DNA of 60,138 nt, filler included, from Leucoraja ocellata (lineage: Eukaryota): NCBI GenBank assembly GCA_036785375.1. It is 2 parts of 2 records of this genome, joined end to end, with 100 filler letters (N's around TTAATTAATTAA, not from the genome) between each part and the next. Parts side by side here need not be neighbours in the genome. Positions count along the whole stretch, not along the records: positions 30,984 to 60,138 come from JAWMAR010003146.1; 1 more part is not named here. One strand, written 5' to 3'. Positions 38,129 to 50,752 of this stretch are shown piece by piece. Both the position numbers and the translations under genes were made by a program. How positions within the stretch are numbered: position 1 is the first letter of the stretch; the number at the start of each line of letters is the position of its first letter. The notes under the pieces were generated by a model that ran no database searches, had not been told where the DNA came from, and saw only the letters and a list, made by a program, of their open reading frames with translations.

Positions 38129-39547
38129 ACCTTAACCGATTAAGTCCGTAACCTTCTCTGCCTTGGTGAATCAGGTGTTTGTCTCTTGATGCTTCGTAAA
38201 TATTGTGTGTGTGCGCGTGTCTGTGCGTATGTCTGTGCGTGTGTGTACGCGTGTCTGCGTGTATACCTTCCCCATCTCTAGAACAACATATTTCAGACTG
38301 CACCAATCCTCTGTAACGAAAATTCCCCCTCGCATTGGTGTGATGTCTGTATGGTCGTGAGTAGTCGCCCAAAGAGTCGTACCTTTTTCTGGTCGCCGCT
38401 GGATTTTCAACATATTGAAATTTTTCGGCGACCTTCTGTGCGACTATGACGGGTGCCGGCAGTCGGCGAATAAAACGCATGTGGAACAGGTCCATAAGCA
38501 TACTACAACCCTGCAGGTATGCACGCCTGTAGCAGTGATGAAGAAATGAGATTTGAGAACTACATACCATGAAGAAGGATAAGAAGGCCTTTCACAACAG
38601 AAAAAAGAATTGCAGGATGTGGTCTCTCCAAACCCTATGAATGGTATGCTCTGTAGGAAGCAGGAGACTTCTAGCTAATTGGCTGCAGGTCTCATTTTGG
38701 CCTGATAATTGATTTAATTGTTACTTTGAACTCAGTAGCTACTTCTTGAAAGTACAGGTTTAATGAAACGCAATGCTTGCAGCTGTAATTTACAGAGTCG
38801 ATGAAAAATCTTGTACAAATTGTTAAAGGTAGTTTTACATGCATTGACGTTATTTTCGAAGTACCTGAATACAAAGGTGTCAGCTGTAATTGATTTAATG
38901 TTGTACATGTAACTGCCCCAAACCAATTTCATTTAGTATCTCAGAACAGAAAGACGTTTTTTATTCCTTTAATCATTTTAAGCTTTTAACGTATTGGTTA
39001 AAAATGTAAAATTCCATCAAAGTTTTCAAATCTCCATGTTAATATTCTTCAGAGCAGTAATAAAACGGTGGAGTTCAAAATACTTGACCTCGTTGTAAGG
39101 AGCTGAATGGTGCTGGTCTGGCCCCACACCTAGAATTGTCAGTGGCGCAGTAGTGGAACCGCTGCCTCACAGCGCCAGAGACCCAAGTTTGACCCTGACC
39201 ATGGGTGCTGTCTGTGCAGAGTTTCTACGTTCTCCCAGTGACCGCTTGGGTTTCCTCCCACATTCCAAAGACGTGCGGGTTTGTAGGTTAATTGGCCCCA
39301 GTGCGTAGGATGCAAAAGTGTGATAACATAGAACTAGTGTACGGAAATAGACACAAGCTGCTGGAGTAACTCAGCGGGACAGGCAGGAGAGAAGGAATGG
39401 GTGACCCTTCTTCAGACTGATGCAGAAGTGCAGTGTAGTTGTTCAGACTAGTGTATGGAAGATGGATGGTCGGAGTGGACTCAGTGGGCCAAAGGTCTGA
39501 CACTAATCTACCGGAGAAGAGAACTAATCTCACTTGCATTCTGTACC

Positions 39548-40380
39548 AGTACAATACAATACAATACAATATATATTACATGTCATTTGAACCTCAGCGA
39601 GGCTCAAACGAAATTCCGTTTCCACAGCCATACAAACAAAGATAATTTCCTACAGACATACACACAATTCAATTTACAGAAACATCCATCACAGTAAACC
39701 CACTGTGATGGAAGGCAAAGTCTTTTCTCTCCCCTGTTCTCCTGATGTCGAAGCCCCCAGGCGGGCGATGGTGAGTCCCATGGCCATTTTAGGCCGCGCC
39801 GGGCGATGTATGGCCCCGCTCCCGGTCTAAAAGTCACGAAGTTGGAGCCCCCGGCGGGCGTAGGAATGTCCCGCGGCCATTAAGCCGCGCCAGGCGATGT
39901 ACGGCCCGGCGCGTCTTAATATCGTTCCATCCCGCGACACGGGCGGGAGAAGTCGCGTTGCGGGAGCTCCGGAAAGCGGTCTCCATGCGGACCCGCGAGC
40001 TCCCGATGTCCCAGTCCACCTGGAGCCTCCAAGCTACGTGGTCGGGCTGCAGCAGCGAGTCACCACCGCTCCCCACGCTCCGATGCCAGCCAGCCCCACG
40101 GTGGTAAGTCCGCAGCTCCGCAGGCTCCGTGACTGGAGCCCCCAGGTCGTTCAGGCTGGAGGCCGCTCCACGGTGCTAGGCCCCAACGACAAGAAGAGAT
40201 TAAAAAAAGTTTCCCCCTTTCCCCCCCCCCCCCCCCCCCCCCCCACCCCCGTCCCCCACATATACACATTTAAAAACACTATTAAAAAACACAAACAACT
40301 ACATTTAACTAGACAGAAAATAAAAAAAAGACAGACAGACTGTAGGGGCCACTGCAACAGGTGAGTTACACCGCCATCCA
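39548..40380 (-). mobile_element. GC-rich non-autonomous LINE-like element (GATGGCG start, Rex1/L2-like 3' end, (TATTG)n tail)
   Basis: GGATGGCGG at the 5' end (40371-40379), CpG-rich non-coding body, terminal stem-loop and 5-bp tail at 39548-39620. Confidence 0.45.
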
Positions 40381-42420
40381 AATAAACCGTTGAACAGTGA
40401 AGTCTGAGTGAGGACTTGGTTTCACCGATGCAGGTGCTGACACTGTCACCCAGACAGGCTCAGACAGAAGATAAGGTGGGCAGCAGAGATTTGGCTCAAC
40501 ATTTGTTCTCTGATATTTAAAAACACAAAATTCTTAAAAATAACTAAAACATTAAAAAAAAACCATCTTTCTCTCCCCGTTCAAACCCATCAAAGTCTTT
40601 AGAATCTCAGATCTAAATTGTGTCTTAGTGTCGATACTGCTGTAGATTGGAAGGTAGTGATGAATTTGCTGCTATATGTTAGTCAATATGTTTTGGAATT
40701 CTGCAATGGCAAATTCAGTCCAAAACTTACTAAAATGTGCCAATAATATTTAGCCCAATCATTTAAGAGATGGATCCACAGCGATCCAGACCACATTTAT
40801 CTGGTGGAGAAAAGGAATGGGTGACGCTTCGGGTCGAGACCTTCTTCAGAATGAGGGTCGGGGGAGAGGGAAAATAGGGATATGAAAAGTGTTCCTTTTT
40901 CCACGCTGTGTCTCTAAACTACACTAAACTAAAAGAAAGTGACCAAATAGCTAGCCTGCCATTTTTGGCTTCACGTTTCTGGCAACTTGTTCGATATGTT
41001 TTTTGCTGAAATGAAAAATTTGCAAAACCCTGAAATAAAATGATTTGTGGAATTTAATCATGCCCATACACTGTCACTTTTTAATTACAACCTATTTCTC
41101 AGCGGAAAGAGCCATTGACCACTTTTTGTAATAAAAGTGGATGCCGGCCGGGTGGTATAGATTGTGGTGAATTGTAACTGCGCTAAATTGAATACAGTGT
41201 TATTAGTGGTGAGGCAGGCAGCTGCTGCCTGTTGGTCTGTTTAGAATGAACTATTATCAGATAGTTGTGCATCTTTGAAGTGCTGGTTGAGACTTGGCCT
41301 GAAGCTTTGATAGCAGAGGCATCGATCAGGCATTAGTCTGTTTTACTACCTTGTCTGAATATTGATTGCCCGTTGAATCTCTGCTTTCTCTGCTTCCTTG
41401 CTTACCTGCTGGCACAGCCGGCCCAAGAAGTCTTTTTGTGACAGCTGCTTTGGAGACACAGGAAGTATTATTAAGTTTTAAACAACAGAGCCATTGTAAA
41501 CTTCATTTGGCTCAGACCGACCTTCCCTTACTGTGGTCTTACAGTATATTCTGTAACCATAATATCCTGATTTGATCTATGTTTCCAGACCCTTGCTGTG
41601 ACAATAAATGGCCTTCCCCACTTGCGCAATTTTCTTCGGCGACTGCCGGCACCCGTCATAGGTCGCCAAAAATTGTCAAAATGTCAACATGTATGTATGG
41701 TTGTGAGCAGTCGCCCAAAGAGTCGTACCTTTTTCTGGCCGCTGTAGGATTTTCAACATTTTGAAATTTTCAGCGACCTGCTGCTACTATGACGGGGGTG
41801 GTCGGTGAGATTGCCACACACTAAAGGCAAATCTCCAGTCTATTTAATGTGTTGCCTTTAATGATGAGGATCAAAGAATCCCTGAACTACTTGGCCCATT
41901 GATCATTACAGGGTGACAACCACTACACACCTCAGTTTGCAACTCACCATTTCATAATGGATATCATAAAGGCTTTTTAACCTCCTCACATCAAGAGTAA
42001 CTGGCAGCATGCGTTTCTCAAAAGAGTCCGTTTTGTGATAGACTGAACCCATAGGATGGCCACAGCTCCACATAGAACCACATGGTACATCTGAACGACT
42101 ACCTGAACTAAAATCATAGCCTCAAACACATTGCTCCTTTGTGAGACTGGCATAGAGTCTTTGCTCACAGAAGATTCTTAGCAGATCAGCCCTCGTTGTG
42201 TGCACTTTGTAAGCAACTCTTGGTAGATGATTATTGGTGTTCAACTACATTGCCAACAACATTGCATTGGTGAAGTAATAGGTGTCCTATTCCTTCTCTC
42301 CAGAGACGCTGCCTGCTCCACTGACTTACTCCAGCTTCTTGTGTCTATCTTCGCTGTAAACCAGCATCTGCAGTTCCTTCTTCTCATTCTATTTATAATT
42401 TGTATTTGCATAACACTAAT

Positions 42421-42750
42421 GGCCCTGTCCCACAGTACGAGTTCATTTCCAAGAGCTCTCCCTAGTTTAAAAAAATCAAACTCGTGGTAAGCTCGGAGAA
42501 TGAACGTAGCGGGTACGTCGGAGCTCGGGGACGTCGCTTAGCGGCTGGTAACGCTAACGGCAGGCACTCGGGAAGACTCGCTAATGGCAGGTAAGCTCGG
42601 GAAGACCCGTGAAGATTTTTCGACATGTTGAAAAATGTCCACGAGAGCCCCGAGTACCGACGAGCGGCCATTACCGTAAATATCCGAGTTCGAATCAGGG
42701 CAAACTCGGGAGAGAGCTCTTGGAATGAACTCGTACCGTGGGACAGGGCC
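42421..42750. mobile_element. MITE (PIF/Harbinger-like), TIR of about 40 bp starting GGCCCTGTCCCAC
   Basis: GGCCCTGTCCCACAGTACGAGTTCATTTCCAAGAGCTCTC versus its near reverse complement at 42712-42750; TAA/TTA-type flanks; no coding capacity. Confidence 0.8.
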
Positions 42751-44581
42751 GTTAAATTGTCAGTATTAAATCCCAAGGAAGATGGATAAGGTCCATCAGA
42801 CGACATGAATGAATTTGGTGAAGCTGACACAGGCGGCCTTTAATGAAGGAGCCATGTACAAGCAGCTGCTTGTAGATGCTCTATTCTATGCTCAGTGTAC
42901 ATTGAGGAGGATTGCATATCTGTGGTTAGTAATAAAACCAGGTTGGATTATACTTAAGTAAAATATTTCTTCAGCGTGTAAGTTATGAACAATGTCACTA
43001 ACAGCATTGGCGTTGCAGTTTTAGAAAGTCGGCAGCTCAATCTCCCTCCTGGGATAAATAAAGTTCTATCGTATTGTAAAAGTTCTCCTGTAATGAACTG
43101 CAGAAAATAGATTAGATATTTTCACTTGCAACTATTTTTCTATAAGTAGGATTGCAGATTGTTTCATAATGCTCATGGTCGGTTAGAACTTATGAACAGT
43201 ACAACCATGTGTCGGAGGGAGATGCAGATATTGGTTTAGATGGAAGATAGACACAAAAAGCTGGAGTAACTCAGCGGGACAGGCAGCATCTCTGGAGAGA
43301 AGGAATGGGTGACGTTTCGGGACATTTGTGTCTAACAGTACACCCATGATCCTTTTCTTTCTGAATGAACAAAAATACTTTGGATTCAACACTTTTTGCT
43401 TCTCAAATGAAATTGCTCCTGTCAGGAACAGTTTGTTGTGCCCGGATGGAGCGTTGTGCATGGATTTTCCAGGAGCTACCTTGTCTCTCAAGCATAACAC
43501 ACACTGGTCGAAACGTCACCCATTCTTTCCCTCGATGCTGCCTCACCCGCTGAGTTACTCCAGCATTTTGTGGCTACGAGTAAGGAGTTTGTACGTTCTC
43601 TCCGTGACCTGCGTAGGTCTTCTCTTGGTGCTCTGGTATCCTCCCACATTCCAAAGACGTGCAGGTTTGTAGGTTAATTGGCTTGGCATAATTGGAAATT
43701 ATCTCTAGTGTGTGTGGAATAGTGTGAGTGTGCGGGGATCGCTGGTCGGCGCGGACTCGGTGGGCCGAAGGACCGGTGATTTAAAGTGTATTAAATATCG
43801 ACATGCGCCTGCCTGTTTTACCATAACGTTTATAGTCTCTTGCAACTTATCACTATTCTCTTTACATTTCACAATATTGCCACAAATCATCCCAAGAATT
43901 GTTTTTAAGTGAAACAAAATTTGAAGACGCCAATCTTTAGAGGACAGAATGTTACTTGTTTAATGATGCATAAATTAGTGTTAATGTTACTGTTTTGAGC
44001 AAATTTAAACTATTCCCCACTTGGTGTTTGGCAAAAACGGAGTTGTTTAAAGATGATGTGGCTTGTGGTTCGAGTGGAATACTTAATCAGTCTGTATCAT
44101 CCAGGTCATCAAGACAATCCCTTTCACAAAGATAAGCACACAGTGCTGGAGTAACACAACAGGTCAGGCAGCATCTCTGAAGAACATGGATAGGTGACGT
44201 TTTCTTCACATCCGAAACATTACCCGTTCATGTTCTCCAGAGATGTTCCCTGACCCGCTGAGTTACTCCAGCACTTTGTGCTTATCTTTGGTATAACCCA
44301 GCATCAGCAGTTCCTTTACATTACATCCTTTCGTTGAAGGGTTTTGGCCCGAACATTATCTATTTCCTTCGCTCCATAGATGCTGCTGCACCCGCTGAGT
44401 TTCTCCAGCATTTTTGTGTACACTGATCTGTTCTGTATTCATGCCTTCTATATTCTGTTGTTTTGTTTTTTTTTGCCCGACTGTTCAGGAATTGATTTTT
44501 TACTTGTGCTGCTTGTTTTACTGACAATTGCTAAAGATTGGTGAATTGTTTACTCTCTCTTTCCCTGCCTTTTTTGAACAG

Positions 44582-44646
44582 GGTGTCTGCCGATTACCAG
44601 AAGAGAGTGATGGCACTGAGTATCCATTCAGGAGAATTGACATCAG
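44582..44646 (+). CDS. POLB: DNA polymerase beta, internal exon (human exon 12 equivalent): GVCRLPEESDGTEYPFRRIDIR
   Basis: Polypyrimidine tract + acag acceptor, AG|gtgagt donor, 65 bp, phase 0 to 2. Contains RRIDIR with the third catalytic Asp (D256 in human Pol beta). Not in the ORF track; read directly. Confidence 0.95.
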
Positions 44647-44804
44647 GTGAGTTAATGAAATAATGATGAATCAAAATGCTCTATCCATCGGGTATTGGAC
44701 CAGCAGGTAGAAGATGGGTGGCACCGGTTAAAATAAAGGAACCAGGAACTTTAATTAAACTCACACTAAAGTGTCTGCAATTAATTAAAAACATTAAGAT
44801 CAAG

Positions 44805-45263
44805 AAAACATAGAAACATAGAAACATAGAAAATAGGTGCAGGAGTAGACCGTTCGGCCCTTCGAGCCTGCACCGCCATTCAATATGATCATGGCTGATC
44901 ATCCAACTCAGTATCCCATCCCTGCCTTCTCTCCATACCCCCGATCCCTTTAGCCACAAGGGCCATATCTAACTCCCTCTTAAATATAGCCAATGAACTG
45001 TGGCCTCAACTACCTTCTGCGGCAGAGAATTACAGAGATTCACCACTCTCTGTGTGAAAAAGGTTTTCCTCATCTCGGTCCTAAAAGATTTCCCCCTTAT
45101 CCTTAAACTGTGACCCCTTGTTCTGGACTTCACCAACATCGGGAATAATCTTCCTGCATCTAGCCTGTCCAACCCCTTAAGAATTTTGTAAGTTTCTATA
45201 AGATCCCCTCTCAATCTTCTAAATTCTAGCGAGTACAAACCGAGTCTATCCAGTCTTTCTTCA
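44805..45263 (-). mobile_element. CR1/HER1-like LINE 3' fragment in a POLB intron
   Basis: ORF 44969-45238; (AACATAGA)n tail. Confidence 0.9.
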
Positions 45264-45311
45264 ATAGTAGATAAACTGTAGATAAACTATAGATTAAGAT
45301 AAAGAGAAAAG

Positions 45312-45790
45312 GGTAGTATGGTGGAGCAGTGGTAGAGTTGTTGCCTTACAGTGCTTGCAGCTCCGTGTGCTGTTTGTAGGTAGTTTGTACGTTCTCCCTG
45401 TGACCCACGTGGGTTTTCTCTAAGATCTTTGTTTCCTCCCACACTCCAAAGATGTACAGGTTTGTAGGTGAATTGGCTTGGTGTAACCTTGCTGTCTCCT
45501 CCCCTTCTCAGCTCTCCCTCAGCCCTTGGGCTCCTCCTCTTCCTTTTTCCTTTCTTCTCCCCACCCTACATCAGTCTGAAGATGGGTTTTGACCCGAAAC
45601 GTTGCCTATTTCCTTGCTCCATGGATGCTGCTGCACCCGCTGAGTTTCTCCAGCACCTTTGTCTACCTGGTATAAATGTAAATTGTTTCTTGTGTGGGTA
45701 GGATAGTGTTAATGTGCGGGGAACACTGGTCGGTGCAGACTCGGTGGGCCGAAGGGCCTGTGTCCGCGCTGTATCTAAACTAAAACTAAA
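45312..45790 (+). mobile_element. V-SINE interrupted by a Penelope 3'-end fragment (45487-45667, TSD TGGTRTAA)
   Basis: SINE halves join across the insert; TGGTGTAA at 45479-45486 and TGGTATAA at 45668-45675; the insert matches the 3' end of the PLE at 15428-15620. Confidence 0.82.
45576..45603 (+). ncRNA. Minimal type I hammerhead-ribozyme motif (PLE-associated)
   Basis: CTGAAGA-T-GGGT TTTG ACCC-GAAAC-GTT: intact CUGANGA/GAAA core, 4-bp stem II, palindromic AACGTT in place of stem III. Confidence 0.6.
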
Positions 45791-46283
45791 GTAAAATCAA
45801 TTTTAACCTTGGAATAAAAATAAAGATGATTGAGAGGAACTCAGCAGGTCAGTCAGCATCTGTGGAGAGGAATAGCCGATGAACAAGTGGATTGCTAAAT
45901 TGCACATGAGATTAAAACATTAAAAAATGATTTTGGTTTAGTGCATAACTGTAAAAATTAACAATATATGCCGAAATCTAACTCTTTGTTGGCTGTTTCA
46001 GGAAGAAAGGATGTTAGTCTTCAATTGGTTTTATCTCGATGGTCATTAGGAGCGCTTTGTTGCTCCCAACAATAGTGGTCGTGATAGCTAGCTTTGCCAT
46101 TGCCTTTATGTACTTGTATTCATGTATATTTAAAAGGGATATACCAAATGGAAACTATTTCAGAAATTGGGCAAGTGAACACGATCCCAAACGCAAATGA
46201 TTTGAGGAATGAACCACCTCCATTGTTCAGTAGCTTATGGTCCTTTGGCTAAAGGTTGCTAACTGTGGACGTTTCACCTGCAG

Positions 46284-46423
46284 GCTCATTCCAAAGGATC
46301 AGTATTTCTGTGGCGTGCTTTATTTCACCGGAAGTGATCTTTTTAACAAGAACATGAGGACCCAGGCCCTGGAAAAAGGCTTCACATTGAATGAGTACAC
46401 TATTCGTCCATTGGGAGTGACAG
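46284..46423 (+). CDS. POLB: DNA polymerase beta, internal exon (exon 13 equivalent): [47 protein letters not shown]
   Basis: cctgcag acceptor, CAG|gtagga donor, 140 bp, phase 2 to 1, compatible with both neighbouring exons. Pol X motifs LYFTGS, NKNMR and NEY. Confidence 0.97.
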
Positions 46424-47309
46424 GTAGGAGCTGAATCCTTTTGGAAGCATAGAGACACAAGAAACTGCAGGTGCTGGAATCGTGAGCAAAGCATAAAGTG
46501 CTGGAGGAACTCGGCTGGTCAGGCAGCATCTGTGGAGAGAACAGATGGACCTGAGGACCTCCTGGTGGGGAGCGGGGGTGCAAAGGGACTGGACATCATG
46601 GTGAAGATGTGGAGATGGTGCCTAAAAACTGAGGTTGCTGACATGCTGGAGAACATGTGAGGTGTCTCGGATGTAGACTAGGACTGGACAAGGTAGAACT
46701 GAGCTATTTGGTGATGAGTTACTGGAGAGTATTCTGAGGGGTAAGACAAATATATGTATTTGGGTAGACAGGGGCTGACCAGGCTAGTCAACATGGTTTT
46801 GTATACGGGCGATTGTGCCTTATGAATCTGAGTTTTTTGAGGAAACAAAGCAAAAAGATGATTGAGAACAAGGCCATGGACGTCTATATGGACTCGACAA
46901 GCATTTGATAAGGTGATTTGATTTGGTAGGCTGGATTGAGACACTTCTTCAGATGTAGGTTAGATCTTATGGGATTCACAGAGTCAAATAAATGCGCAGT
47001 CTTTTACTCAGAGTAGGGGGATTCAAGAACCTGGGGAGAGAGGTTTATGATGAGATTTGAAACTTAATAGGAACCTGAGGGGCAACCTTTCCCACAGAGG
47101 ATGGTGGGTATATGGAATGAGCTGCCAGACGAGGTGGTTGAAGCAGGTATTATAGCAACATTTAAAAAACATTTGGACAGGTTCATAGATAGGGAAGGTT
47201 TAATGGGCATGGGCCAATTGTGGGCAGGTAGCACTAGTAGATGGGGCATCTTGCTCAGCATGGGCAAGTTGGGCCGAAGGGCCTGTTGCTGTGCTGTTTG
47301 ACTCTTATT

Positions 47310-48276
47310 TTTATTTAGCGAATGCAAAGTCCTTTAGCCAAGCAGTTGCCTCTTGATCTGCTGTATGAAGGGTGACAAGTCGTCCTTTGAGTCTTTGTTA
47401 AGGGCATGCTTCAATGATGTGTTGCATTGTTTGCTGCTCTCCACAAGCACACCATGGGGTTGGACTGCTGCCCCATTTGTGAAGGCTGGCCAAGCAGGGG
47501 CCATGTCCAGTCCTGAATCTATTCAGCGTCGTCCACTGCTTCCTTGGGAGATTAGTGCCAGGGACCGGTAGGGTGGGGTCTGACACCAGATGTTTATTTG
47601 GGACGTCCTTGGACTCCCATTCCTTTTTCCAAGCTGATTGGATGGTGAAATCAGCTGGTGGTGGGTTCTTCCAAATTGGTCGTCTAGATGGAAGTCGAGT
47701 AGTGAGTGGGTTGAAGATGTCCATGTGAATTGGCAGGTGAGGGGAGTTTTTGGTCTTTTGGAGCATCCTTTGAGTGAGGACTACTCGCCGGATGTGTGGA
47801 GGGGCTATGTTGGATAGGACAGGGAGCCAGGGGAGTGGTGTTGAGTGGATTGTTCCTGTGATGATCTTCATTGTTGAGTTCAGTTGAGTGTCCACATGGT
47901 GTGTGTGGGATGACCTGGACCAAACAGGGGCACAATATTCGGCTGAAGAAAATGCAAGGGCTAGTGCTGAAATGCGCAGTGTGGGGCTGCTGCCCCCCAC
48001 TTTGAGCCAGCAAGCTTTCTGAGGAGATTGTTTCTGGACTTCACCTTAGCTGCTGTTCTTTTGAGATGTTCCTTGAAGGATAGGGTCCTGTCAAGGGTCA
48101 CTCTGAGGTAGGTTGGAGTGGGGGCATACTTCAGTTTGGTCCTGCTCAGATAGATGTTTGGTTCTCTTGTGGCTTCTGCATTATGGAGGTGGAACGCACT
48201 GGAGACCGTTTTTTCTGGGCTTGGTTTTAGGCGCCAGGTTTTGCAGTACTTGTCCAGTTTAGCAAGGTCTTTAGCA
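47310..48276 (-). mobile_element. Vingi/Ingi-type (I group) LINE, 5'-truncated, 11-bp TSD TGACTCTTATT
   Basis: YCKTWRLKPS.EKT, YLRVTLDRTLSF, SAEYCAPVW, LNRFRTGHG and CACGEQQTMQHIIEAC (CCHC). TSD at 47299-47309 and 48277-48287. Inserted at the tail of a CR1 fragment (47040-47300). Confidence 0.8.
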
Positions 48277-49797
48277 TGACTCTTATTACTTTATTATAAC
48301 TATTTTGCAGAATGTGCAAAGTTTTAAACTTATCATTTATTCTCATATAACACTCCAAACCATGAAGGAATTGTAGCCAATATTACCAATGCTGGTGAGC
48401 GATATGGGAACAAGAGCGTGCTTAAAATATTGCGGCTAAAATCACTGAATAGCTGACAAAATTATGTGGTCTCAATGCTGGCATTGGTGAGAAGCAGATT
48501 ATCATAATGTGCCAACGCCAAGCTTCATCTGCAAGTGAAAAAAGATCAACAAACATCAAAGATGGACACAAAATGCTTTAATAACTCAGAGGAACAGGCA
48601 GCATTTCTGGATGGATGGAATGGGAGATGATTTGGGTCAAGACCCTTCTTCAGATGTCAGCGTCTGAAGAAGTGTCTCAACCTGAAATGTCACCCACTCC
48701 TTCTCTCCAGAGATGTTCCCTGACCCGCTGAGTTAGTCCAGCTATATGTGCCCAACGTTATCGCTAAGAAAATCAAGGGATATGGAAAGAAAGCATTTGG
48801 ATGATCAGCCATGATCGTATTGAAAAACGTACAACTCTTTGGGCGACTACTCACGACCATACAGGCGTCATGTGTCGACATGTCATGGGGTGATGCCCGT
48901 ATGGCTTGTGAGTAAGTAGTCACCCAAAGAGTCTTCCCTGTGTTTGGTCGCCTCTGGATTTTCAACATTTTGAGACATTTCGGTGACCTGCACACAATAC
49001 TCCAGGTGCTCCTGATGCTGTAAACTCCTTGTGTGGAGGAAATTGATAACAATCTGGAGAGAGTAAAGTTGGATATGATTGGTGGGTGGTTGATGGTCAG
49101 TATCGAGTCAGTGGGCCGAAGGGCCTGTTTCAGTGCTGTATTTCTCTTTGACTACAATAGTTTATGAAGTTGGGAGTAGAGGATGGGAGGCATATGTCGA
49201 GCAGGAGAACTTGGTTGAAAAACACGTTTGTTATAGATTTGATACCACGTATGTTAGACAACATTTAAAGATGTTGGTTTCAATAAAATACTTTTTTTTA
49301 ATATTTCTCTTCAAAGAAACCTTAGAGAGAATTCAATAAACTTCTGTACTGTGGTATGATATGTTTTTGATTGTGGTGTGAAAATAGCTCTCCAATCTCA
49401 CCGAGTTATATCTATTTTTATGGTTTGGGTCACCCTTACTAAGAGAAATGCAATTTAAATAATTTAGTTCTGGGTGGTAAGAAAGGGATGCTTCCACAGA
49501 TGGTCATTGATGGGAGAGATTCTAAATTACAAGTGGTAAATACATTGAAAACTGAAAGGTCTGTTTCATTGTGAAGTTACATGTGTGGGAAGAAGGTTTC
49601 TATGCCAAACTGACCACTTTCTGATGTGAAATTAGTGTGTTAGGCTGCCCTAGACTGCATGGGATGCAAATGAATGTCTGGCACCAGACCTACCAGTGAG
49701 GTTTTCAAATCCCTTGTACAACATAAGCTGTGGAGAAAAACACAAAATGCTGGAAGTCAGTGGGTCGAACAGCATCTGGGGGGGAATCGACAGACTA

Positions 49798-49990
49798 AAG
49801 GACCTGTCCCACATGCGTTTTTTATTTTTTTGGCGACTGCCGGCACCCGTCATAGTCGCAGCAGGTCGCTGAAGATTTTCAAAAATGTTGAAAATCCAGA
49901 GGCGACCAGAGAAAGGTACGACTCTTTGGGTGACTACTCACGACCATACAGGCGTTACCCCACGACATGCCGACATGTGATGCCTGTACA
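49798..49990. mobile_element. MITE fragment starting GGACCTGTCCCAC; related copies at about 38315-38495, 41608-41800 and 48825-48990
   Basis: Shared internal blocks GGCGACTGCCGGCACCCGTCATAG and GTACGACTCTTTGGG.GACTACTCACGACCATACA. Confidence 0.65.
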
Positions 49991-50387
49991 GCGGGTGAGG
50001 CAGCATCATGCAATCCTTGCATCTCACCTCCTGAGTTTCTCCTGCATTTTTGTCTACCATCGATTTTTCCAGCATCTGCAGTTCTTTCTTAAACGTATTG
50101 ATAGAAGGTGCGTGGTCGTGCCGGGGGCTTTGCGCAGGATACGGTACGGCCAGAGCCTGCCGCCTGTCGGGCCGGATGATTACGGGTTAGGGGTAGCATT
50201 CGGCCTGGGGGCCGCAGGTTGCCGACCTCTGCTCTACACATTGTACAGACAGCACCTGAGGGAAGGATCAAAGCAAGGTCTCTGATGCTGTAAGATGGCA
50301 ACTCTAGTGCCATGCAGTTTTCTTGCACACTGATGTATTGAGTGAAATGGTTGTTGCATCATTGACATTGTGCTGTGTTGACGGCAG

Positions 50388-50482
50388 GAATCCCTGGCGA
50401 GCCACTACCAGTGGAGAGTGAAAGCGACATCTTTGAATACATTGAATGGCGATACAAGGAACCGAAAGAACGAAGTGAGTGA
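50388..50482 (+). CDS. POLB: DNA polymerase beta, last coding exon: [31 protein letters not shown]
   Basis: ggcag acceptor, phase 1. Closely matches the Pol beta C-terminus ([28 protein letters not shown]). TGA at 50480-50482. Confidence 0.95.
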
Positions 50483-50693
50483 TTGCGTGCCACCTGACAA
50501 CCACGCACAGTCACCTCACAGAACACGCCGGGGTTTAGTGGGAGCGAGAATGTGCTGAATCTTGACAAGTAAAGAACCAAGTGAAATATTCCAGAAGGAA
50601 TTCTCAATAACTTTATTCAAGACCTGGGTTTTGGCTAGCATGTTATGTATTTATAGAGATCAACTTTTGTACAAGGTCCCATGCAGTAATATC

Positions 50694-50752
50694 AATAAAG
50701 CACAATTAGGGATCTGCGGTGTAGTATTTAATCATGAATGAAAAATAATAAA
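50694..50752 (+). terminator. Candidate POLB polyadenylation signals (AATAAA at 50694-50699 and 50747-50752)
   Basis: Canonical hexamers about 210 and 265 nt after the POLB stop, before the next CR1 insertion. Confidence 0.55.

Noticed and set aside
49674-50285. 203-aa + strand ORF upstream of the last POLB exon
   Set aside because: Patchwork of PLE-repeat and MITE fragments; no recognisable domain.
24485-50482. MHC class I gene nested in a POLB intron
   Set aside because: The two are separated by a synthetic spacer, and no upstream POLB exons were found in the left piece.
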